Source: Thermoplasmata archaeon
GTDB lineage: Archaea; Thermoplasmatota; Thermoplasmata; Lutacidiplasmatales; UBA184
Direction of reading: 5' to 3'
NCBI GenBank assembly: GCA_041476045.1
Contig: JBGOSQ010000002.1
Coordinates: 1 to 63,061 of the forward strand
Length of the DNA: 63,061 bases
Positions 57,801 through 63,061 of this stretch are shown piece after piece (the stretch's first letter is position 1; each line of letters begins with the position of its first letter). The notes below the pieces were generated by a model, which saw only the letters and a program-made list of their open reading frames with translations, was not told where the DNA came from and did not search any database. A program made the position numbers and the translations under genes.

Positions 57801-59089
57801 ACGAAGGTCTCGCCCTTCCCGCTGTCGTACGCGGCCCCGTAGGGATTGATCCCGACGCCGACGGTGGCCACGGGAGCGAACGTCGCGTCCGAGATGACGC
57901 TGAGACTGTTCGAGAAGGCGTTCGCAACGAAGACCTCCGACGTCCCAGTGTCGTAGACGGCGCTGTACGGGAGGCTCCCGGCGGGGGTGGTCGTGAGGAT
58001 CGTGTTGGTCGCGTCCGAGATCACCGTGACCGAGCCTGCGTTGAGATCGGTGACGAAGATCTCGGCCTTCCCGCCGTCGTACGCCATGCCCCACGGAAGC
58101 GCCGGAGTGGGGATCGTCGCGACGATCGCGTTCGTCGTGTCCGAGATGACCTCGATCTCATCCGCCGCGTAGTAGTACGGAACGGCGACGAAGATCTCCC
58201 CCTTCCCGCCGTCGTAGGTCAGCCCCCTGGGCGGGCCGGCGAGCGCTACCGTCGCGACCACGGTGTTCGTCGCGTCCGAGATGACGCTCACGTTGTTCGA
58301 ATAGACCCCGGTGTTCGTGACGAATACCTCACCCTTGCCCGAGTCGTAGGCCACGCCCATCGGATCGGCCCCGACCGCGATCGTTGCCACGACCAGATCG
58401 GTCGTGTCGGAGATCACGCTCACGGTGCCCTGGAAGATGCTGTTGGCGACGAAGATCGTCCCCTTGCCGCTGTCGTAGGCGACGCCCCAAGGATTGCTTC
58501 CCACCGGGACCGTCGCGACGACCGCGTTCGTCGCGTCGGAGATCACGCTCACGGTATCGTCGCCTGAGTTGGCGACGAAGATCTCCCCCGTGCCCGAATC
58601 GTAAGCCACCCCGTTCGGCCGGAGCCCGACGGGGATCGACGCCACGACCTGGCGCGTCACATCGGAGACCACGCTCACGGAGTGCCCCTCATAGTCCGCG
58701 ACGAAGATCTCGCCCTTCGCGGCGTCGTATGCCAGCCCGATCGGCTCCACCCCGTTCGCGGCGAGGAAGTTCCCTGGGACCAGCGTGTTGTTGGAGAGCA
58801 CGAGTGTCTGGGTCACCAACGGTCCCAGCGAGGCCGAGCTCCTCGGGGCGGCGGATACGATGCCGGAAGGAGCGGGCGATACCGCGCTGGATCCTCCCAC
58901 CGAGACCGAGGGCTGGATCGATGCGGCCCCGGAAATCTCGGACGCAGGGCCGAGGAAGAAGGCCGTGTCGCCGGGGGTTCGGTTCGCGCCGACGGTACCG
59001 ATCCCGATCAGGACCATAGCGACAACGATCGCGAGGGAGATCAGGGTCCTGCCGACGACGTGCGTCTCGTGTGTTACCGATCCGTGCAT
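54866..59089 (-). CDS. giant surface protein: signal/TM anchor, 21 YVTN-type beta-propeller blades, Ig-like domain, three ~80-aa modules, TM anchor, poly-Pro tail
   Basis: ATG 59089 (MHGSVTHETHVVGRTLISLAIVVAMVLIGIG). There are 21 copies of the pattern G[VL]AYDxxxGEIFVANxxxxxVSVISDxTNxVVATIxVGxxP. C-terminal TM is YLLLAALAVVIVLAAVGVAIAL and the protein ends ...GLPPPPPPPPPPPPPPTS. Confidence 0.85.
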   Translation of the reverse strand: MHGSVTHETHVVGRTLISLAIVVAMVLIGIGTVGANRTPGDTAFFLGPASEISGAASIQPSVSVGGSSAVSPAPSGIVSAAPRSSASLGPLVTQTLVLSNNTLVPGNFLAANGVEPIGLAYDAAKGEIFVADYEGHSVSVVSDVTRQVVASIPVGLRPNGVAYDSGTGEIFVANSGDDTVSVISDATNAVVATVPVGSNPWGVAYDSGKGTIFVANSIFQGTVSVISDTTDLVVATIAVGADPMGVAYDSGKGEVFVTNTGVYSNNVSVISDATNTVVATVALAGPPRGLTYDGGKGEIFVAVPYYYAADEIEVISDTTNAIVATIPTPALPWGMAYDGGKAEIFVTDLNAGSVTVISDATNTILTTTPAGSLPYSAVYDTGTSEVFVANAFSNSLSVISDATFAPVATVGVGINPYGAAYDSGKGETFVANQGTNAVTVIADATHSVVATIAVGNGPIGVAYDSGKGEIFVTGDFSNNVSVISDATNAVVATIAVGNNPIGVAYDANRDEVFVTNGGSDSVSVISDATNTVVATVPVGSFPFGVAFDGTTGEVYVANLMSNNVSVIYDASNSLAATIAVGTHPSGVAFDTGTSKILVANSISRNVSVISDSSHSVVKSFGVGVLPSGVAFDAQKGEIFVTNYFDNNVSVFSDVGYATLTSLPVESGPYGIACDPDRGELYVTNYNTNNVTVISDAPPILVASISVGALPQLVAYDSGRGELFVSVQGSDQVLVVSDVTNRVVATIAVGSSPYGLAYDSARGEVFVANQNSWTVSVLSDVTNTVVATIPVGVTPTGVAYDPAMGEIFVTNTYSYTVNVISDATNTVVATIPVGNAPFGLAYDAGKGEVFVANSGDDNVSVISDATNSVVATIPVGTRPTAMAYDAARGEIFVANYVSSNVSVLSDATDAIVASVGVGAYPQGVSYDAATGEIFVTNSNSANVSVLSDATNTVVATVTVGDQPNGVTYDPGTTGLYVANNFQGTLSILQNDPLSISAFTVAPSPVVVGHPTILTVSADGGLGPLSYRYVGLPPGCATLDVASLACSPTSLGSYQLRVFVNDSASFSLNLTATLSVTPPTYSVTFTEAGLPVGTAWSVTLNGTSHSSATSTIGFTEADGTYAYLVAPVAGYSANPATGSATVNGADTTVPVSFTLVIAPGQFTVGFSEVGLPGGTSWTVTLGGVPRSSTSGTITFAETNGSYPFTIGSIAGFVTTPSSGSAVVSGSDVTESIVFLALAAGTYAVTFAESGLPAGTSWSVTFNGTTTSSANGFVVFTTANGTYPYTVVSPAGYAADPASGTVTVSGASQSVAVAFGAPSSQNPGPLGGLATTPYLLLAALAVVIVLAAVGVAIALRRRRTRAGPGTAHAPDRMAPPAPPGPAPGLPSPDLPPSGLPPPPPPPPPPPPPTS
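55150..55860 (-). repeat. three tandem ~80-aa modules (F-x-E-x-GLP-x-GT-x-W-x-VT-x-NG type)
   Basis: TYSVTFTEAGLPVGTAWSVTLNGTS..., QFTVGFSEVGLPGGTSWTVTLGGVP..., TYAVTFAESGLPAGTSWSVTFNGTT... Confidence 0.75.
56125..58790 (-). repeat. in-frame tandem array of 21 blade-coding units of ~126-129 nt
   Basis: Recurrent near-identical nucleotide blocks on the plus strand, for example GTTCGTCGCGTCCGAGATCACGCTCAC near 56495, 56620, 57505, 57630, 58270 and 58530. Confidence 0.85.
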
Positions 59090-59338
59090 CGTTGATTCCC
59101 CGCGGGAGCCCCCGCGACGGGGGTCCTGACGGGGGGTTGGTTTATCAAAGTGCGTCGGGCGAATTCCCTCGATGGTTGGCCACGACAAGTCCCGCGAGTT
59201 CGACAAATCGAGCAGGCTGGATGGTGGCTGCCAGAGGTCGAGGCGGACGTGCTCGACGAATTGCAAAGGCCCGCTTGCTCCCCTCGGACGCCGTTGGACG
59301 ATGGCCGGTCGGTCGCTCTCCCGATGGGTACACCCCGC

Positions 59339-60589
59339 TCACGCTCGATCGACGGCAGGGGAGAGCCGTAGCCCCGCGTGCCGGAAGAGCGCGATCGCGG
59401 GGACGGCCGGCACGATCAGGATCAGCCATACCAGGAGAGGATTCGAAGTGAAGGAGAGCACCACCCCTCCAAAGAAGACCGAGGCCAGGAAACCGGCCGC
59501 ACCCACCATCGCGAACGCGCCATTGTACGAACCGACCTCCTCGTGCGGCGCGAGATTCGAGGGGAGGGTCGCCTGCGGGATCGTGATGAGGTTCTCCCCG
59601 ATGGTTAGCACGACCACCGCGACGAAGAAGGCGGCGACCGGGAAGAACAGGTAGAGCCCGGCGACGCCGAGGCCCAGGAAGGCGACCGCATAGAGGAGGA
59701 GCCCGAAGATGGCGATCGTCGTGTGGCGTCGGCCGATCACGCGTTCGGTCGTCGCCTGCTGGCCGAAGACGACGACGAGCCCGTTCAGGGCGAGGCCGAT
59801 CCCGAGGATCGAGTAGGTGATCCCGAGGACGTCGTGAATGTAGAGCGGAAACGTGATCGCCCACTGGCCGACGACGACCCCTGCGAGTCCGACCGCGAGC
59901 AGGAGCTCGAGCGCGACCGAATCCTTCGCCAGGATCCGGAGACTCTCCGATGGCGTCCGTTGGCGAGGAGCGGATGGCCGGGCCCCCTCGGGGGGCGGAG
60001 CAGAGCCGCGCTCTGCCAGTTTGACGTCCCCGGGCGACGGATCGAGGGTCCCTAGGAGCAGCAGCGTACCGCTCCCGATCACGGCGGACGCCACCCCGAC
60101 GGACCACGCGAATCCAACGAACGAGATCAGTAACCCGCCGAGGACGACGCCGGCGGAGTAACCGGCGTTGAACCCGATCCGGTAGAAGGTGAATCCCCGA
60201 GTTCGCTCCGCTCCCTCCGCAAAGTCGGCGATGTAGGCGGAGGACGCCGGACCGGTCACCGTCCCGACGATCCCTCCGATCGTCGCCGCCAGGATCGCCC
60301 CCAGGAGCGACGGGATGGAGAACGTGTATGCGAGCGCCGCGGTCGAGATCGTCTCGCCGATGAGACCGGCGAGGATGAGGCGCCGCCGCCCCCATCGGTC
60401 CGTCAGCAGTCCCCCGACGAAGTTGAACGGGAGCTGGACGACACCGACCCCGACGAAGACGATCCCGATCGCCACATAGCTGAGGTGGAGAACGTTCGCG
60501 AGGAAGAGCGCAAGGAACGGGAAGTAGATCGCGTTCCCGAGAAGTCGAATGCCGACCCCGATGCCGAGGAGCCGCAGGTTCCGGTTCAC
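59339..60589 (-). CDS. MFS transporter
   Basis: About 12 hydrophobic helices and the motif-A-like GGLLTDRWGRRRLIL. Confidence 0.85.
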   Translation of the reverse strand: MNRNLRLLGIGVGIRLLGNAIYFPFLALFLANVLHLSYVAIGIVFVGVGVVQLPFNFVGGLLTDRWGRRRLILAGLIGETISTAALAYTFSIPSLLGAILAATIGGIVGTVTGPASSAYIADFAEGAERTRGFTFYRIGFNAGYSAGVVLGGLLISFVGFAWSVGVASAVIGSGTLLLLGTLDPSPGDVKLAERGSAPPPEGARPSAPRQRTPSESLRILAKDSVALELLLAVGLAGVVVGQWAITFPLYIHDVLGITYSILGIGLALNGLVVVFGQQATTERVIGRRHTTIAIFGLLLYAVAFLGLGVAGLYLFFPVAAFFVAVVVLTIGENLITIPQATLPSNLAPHEEVGSYNGAFAMVGAAGFLASVFFGGVVLSFTSNPLLVWLILIVPAVPAIALFRHAGLRLSPAVDRA

Positions 60590-60713
60590 CCGCGAACGAC
60601 CCTGCGGGGAATAAGGAGGTTAACGCACCGGAGGTGCCCTGGTTCGGCGCCCTACGGAGGACCGGCGGAGGTGTCGACCCCGAGTCCGATCGCCGAAATC
60701 GGGTCGCCGGAGA

Positions 60714-61007
60714 TCATCCGAGCGGGAGGTACATGATCGTCAGAACGTTCGCTTCTCGGTCGGCGACGTGGTCGTCCGGGTTGCAGGCGAAGACGATCCC
60801 GGGGGGGCCGTCGGCACGACCGGGCCGCGCCTCCCCCAACTTCCGATGGAACGTCGCCCACGCTTCGTTGAGGCCGGAGAACGGGCCCTTCGCCACCCAC
60901 CACGCGACCCGGCCGCCGATCCGCGTCCAATCGGGGAGCGTCCCGACCTGGATCTTCCCGTTCGCGATCGCGTCGTACTCCTGGTGGGCCCCATCGCAGA
61001 GCGCCAT
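60714..61007 (-). CDS. short ORF, possibly the C-terminal half of a GyrI-like/effector-binding fold (gene remnant?)
   Basis: 97 aa. The upstream in-frame sequence back to the stop near 61075 has no start codon. The assignment is from weak pattern recall only. Confidence 0.3.
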   Translation of the reverse strand: MALCDGAHQEYDAIANGKIQVGTLPDWTRIGGRVAWWVAKGPFSGLNEAWATFHRKLGEARPGRADGPPGIVFACNPDDHVADREANVLTIMYLPLG

Positions 61008-61104
61008 GGCCCGGGCGGGATCGGCGAGGCGTCTATAGACCTGTCGCGGGGCGAGCGGCTCAGATCCTCCGCTATCGATCTAATTCTGGGCCATTCACCT
61101 CCGC

Positions 61105-61500
61105 GTGCGCTTCGATAACGTCGGCCTCCGCGTCACCCAGTTGCGACGCTCGATCCGGTTCTACACGAAGGCCCTCGGGATGCGCGAGCTCCGGCGCGGC
61201 GACACCCGAAGCTGGGGGGGAGGCATTTGGGTCCTCCTCGAGGACCCCAGATCGCGCCGCAAGGTCGAATTGAACTGGTATCCGAAGGGCTCGATGTTCG
61301 GCGGACCGTATCGCGCGGGGGACGGAGTGGACCACCTGGATTTCACGCTCGGGGTCGCGACCCAGCGCGAGCTCGAACGCGTCTATCGCCAGCTCCTCCG
61401 GCAGGGAGCGAAGCCGACCGGTTACGAGCCTGCCAACACCGGCGATTGGATGGCGAGCGTGACCGATCCCGACGGGATCTGGATCACCATCCGGCGCCGT
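61105..61500 (+). CDS. VOC/glyoxalase-family domain protein; its reading frame has no stop of its own until 62409
   Basis: GTG 61105. MRFDNVGLRVTQLRRSIRFYTKALGM...VDHLDFTLG...VTDPDGIWITI is a complete ~125-aa VOC fold. Downstream residues are Arg/Pro/Ser-rich junk that read through a promoter. Confidence 0.7.
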
Positions 61501-61730
61501 CCGACCCGGGCGGAGCGCCAGCAGCAGGGCGCGTCCGACCGGTCGCCACGGCGGCCCAGGGCGACCCCGGCAGGAGCGGCGTTCTCCCCGGCGATGGATA
61601 GCGGGGCATCGATCTCTCTACTCCCAGTATTCGAATGTTCCCCGTTTCACGACTCCCAATCGGCCCCGTCCTCCGGCCCTCCCCGCCGGAGCGATCTTGG
61701 CCCTATCCCGGGCAGTCAATGTATAGGATG

Positions 61731-61769
61731 TATTATATATATTCTAAGAGTATGGTATTTCACCATACT
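61731..61769 (+). promoter_or_regulatory. AT-rich promoter (TATA) plus perfect 8-bp inverted repeat operator abutting the start codon
   Basis: TATTATATATATT at 61731-61743. AGTATGGT (61749-61756), spacer ATTTC, then ACCATACT (61762-61769). The ATG is at 61771. Confidence 0.55.
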
Positions 61770-61770
61770 T

Positions 61771-62409
61771 ATGGATTCACCGCCGACAAGAATCGACGTA
61801 ACGGCGCCAGTGCATTACCGGATTCTTCGCCAAATCCTGACCGCGAAGGAGCCGTTTCTCCAGAGAGAGCTGGCCCTAGGCACGGGGGCCGCCACTGGAC
61901 AAGTGAGTCGTCTGGTCCGGTGGTTAGAAGCTCACCATCACGTCACACGACGGAGGCAAGACGGACGGTACGAGGTGGCCCAACCGGCGGGCCTGGTCTT
62001 GGCAATGTTTCCGTACCAGCGAGTCATGTCCCAGACGCTAGAAGGAACGGTCAAGGTCCGGGGGAGCATGGATGAGATTGGTACCCTCCTGAGCCGCGAA
62101 GGAGCAACCCTCTGCCTGGAGAGCGCGCTTGCCCAGTACAGCGGGTTCTTTCGGCCAGACCGGTTGGCCGTCTACCATCGAACCCCGAAGAAGTTGATAT
62201 CGAATATCGGTCAACGCGACGGGGGGCTGCTTTCCGTCCAAGTCTACCGGATCGACATCCCTCTCGAGGGGGATCAAGAAGGGCCGGACAAGATCATTCA
62301 GGTCCGTCGGACGACACGCTTCCGAACGCTCGTCGACCTCGTTTGCGACAACCGCGCCTATGCCGCCAAGGACCTCTTCGCCGAGCTCTGGGGAGTTCAG
62401 ATTGGCTGA
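61771..62409 (+). CDS. winged-helix regulator, AbiEi-like antitoxin candidate
   Basis: N-terminal wHTH-like VHYRILRQILTAKEPFLQRELALGTGAATGQVSRLVRWLEAHHHV plus a C-terminal domain. Lower-GC codon usage (CAA, GAA, TTA, ATA, AGA). The stop overlaps the next ORF. Confidence 0.5.
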   Translation: MDSPPTRIDVTAPVHYRILRQILTAKEPFLQRELALGTGAATGQVSRLVRWLEAHHHVTRRRQDGRYEVAQPAGLVLAMFPYQRVMSQTLEGTVKVRGSMDEIGTLLSREGATLCLESALAQYSGFFRPDRLAVYHRTPKKLISNIGQRDGGLLSVQVYRIDIPLEGDQEGPDKIIQVRRTTRFRTLVDLVCDNRAYAAKDLFAELWGVQIG

Positions 62410-63061
62410 CCGCGAGTGGGAATCCGGTCCGAGTCGACCCGGATTCGAAGCAGACTATGCGAAGGAGGTCACCGAGGAGAGTTATCGGGAAATCGAGAGG
62501 TTGGCATTGTGGGCGCGCGGAAAGGGGCCGGTGTTCTACCTGATCGGTGGGTGGGCTGCGTGGCGCTTCCACCGGGGCCTCGGGAGTCGAGATATCGATG
62601 TGATATTTCCTACGCAGTCGATACTCGACGCGTTTCTGCACGAATACTACCTCAACAACGGGTTCGAGCGGACTGGGGGGATTCTCACGAGCTTCTACCA
62701 TAAACGGGTTCAGACGCCGACCGGAACGAAGTACATCGAGATCGATGCGGCCCAGCTGGACCGAGGCTTACCATTTCACGAGGACGAGCAGCTCGACCTT
62801 CCGTATCGGCTCTTGGAGAGGTATCACAGTACCTGGCAAGTGGGGAGCCAAGAAGTCTTGATGCCGATCGCAGAGCTACTGATTCTGCAGAAGGTGAAGG
62901 CCCACCGGGACCGATCGTGGGATCTCGAGCACGCGGCGGTGGACGTTGGACGGATCGCGTTTCTCCGGAGCAAGGTGGCCAAAGATGCCTACGACATTCG
63001 AGGGCTCGCTCCTCACGTCAGAGACTGGGGACTCGTCAGGGCGATAGCGAACGACAACGCG
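62402..63061 (+). CDS. nucleotidyltransferase-fold protein, AbiEii/DUF1814-like toxin candidate (partial, runs off the window end)
   Basis: Frame open from TTG 62402 to the window end. PVFYLIGGWAAWRFHRGLGSRDIDVIFP fits the GG-x-A...R-x-[ST]-x-D-[IL]-D NTase motif. Not in the ORF track because it has no stop in the window. Confidence 0.5.
   Translation, partial: MADREWESGPSRPGFEADYAKEVTEESYREIERLALWARGKGPVFYLIGGWAAWRFHRGLGSRDIDVIFPTQSILDAFLHEYYLNNGFERTGGILTSFYHKRVQTPTGTKYIEIDAAQLDRGLPFHEDEQLDLPYRLLERYHSTWQVGSQEVLMPIAELLILQKVKAHRDRSWDLEHAAVDVGRIAFLRSKVAKDAYDIRGLAPHVRDWGLVRAIANDNA

Noticed and set aside
56125-58790. Regularly spaced nucleotide repeats that could be mistaken for a CRISPR-like or satellite array
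   Set aside because: The period of ~126-129 nt is in frame with a continuous ORF and encodes YVTN propeller blades. There is no repeat-spacer architecture, and the units are degenerate along their whole length.
61560-61730. tRNA-like fragment or att site at the island junction (for example ATTCGAATG near 61630)
   Set aside because: The resemblance to a T-loop is short and has no flanking stem complementarity. The other island end is outside the window, so direct repeats cannot be tested.
61105-62409. Genuine 434-aa VOC-wHTH fusion protein
   Set aside because: The ~90-aa linker is low complexity and spans a GC-content break, a TATA box and a palindromic operator placed for an independent start at 61771. 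It is more likely two genes with a lost stop codon.

Overview
High-GC (about 68-70%) archaeal chromosome segment. From gene content it is probably an uncultivated Thermoplasmatota-like euryarchaeon, but that is an inference. All calls come from reading the sequence and ORF track and recalling motifs; no database search was run.

The window is mostly densely packed housekeeping genes:
- Proteostasis: 20S proteasome beta subunit, aCPSF1/FttA, Cdc48, PAN, ClpB.
- Ribosome and transcription: an L18e-L13-S9-RpoN block and L10e.
- Replication and synthesis: MCM, AspRS, CTP synthase, PyrD/PyrK.
- Others: SepF, M17 aminopeptidase, pantoate kinase, bacterial-type MutS-MutL, and two tRNAs.
- Two giant C-terminally anchored surface proteins: one sequon-rich and S-layer-like, one with 21 YVTN propeller blades.

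Many genes have a TATA box about 25-30 nt upstream of the start codon, implying leaderless mRNAs.

Most notable observations:
1. mutS-mutL is translationally coupled to a third gene resembling a PD-(D/E)xK nuclease.
2. tRNA-Gly(UCC) is interrupted by a 30-nt hairpin intron in the T-arm.
3. aspS has no canonical start codon upstream of its OB domain, but has a perfect Shine-Dalgarno sequence followed by CTG.
4. clpB is coupled by an ATGA overlap to an EF-Tu-like protein with a degenerate G domain.
5. Two membrane-protein genes are inserted between pyrD and pyrK.
6. A class III nucleotidyl cyclase-TPR protein is present.
7. From about 61.6 kb to the window end there is a lower-GC island carrying an AbiEi/AbiEii-like pair with a palindromic operator.

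No CRISPR array, rRNA, transposase or integrase was seen.
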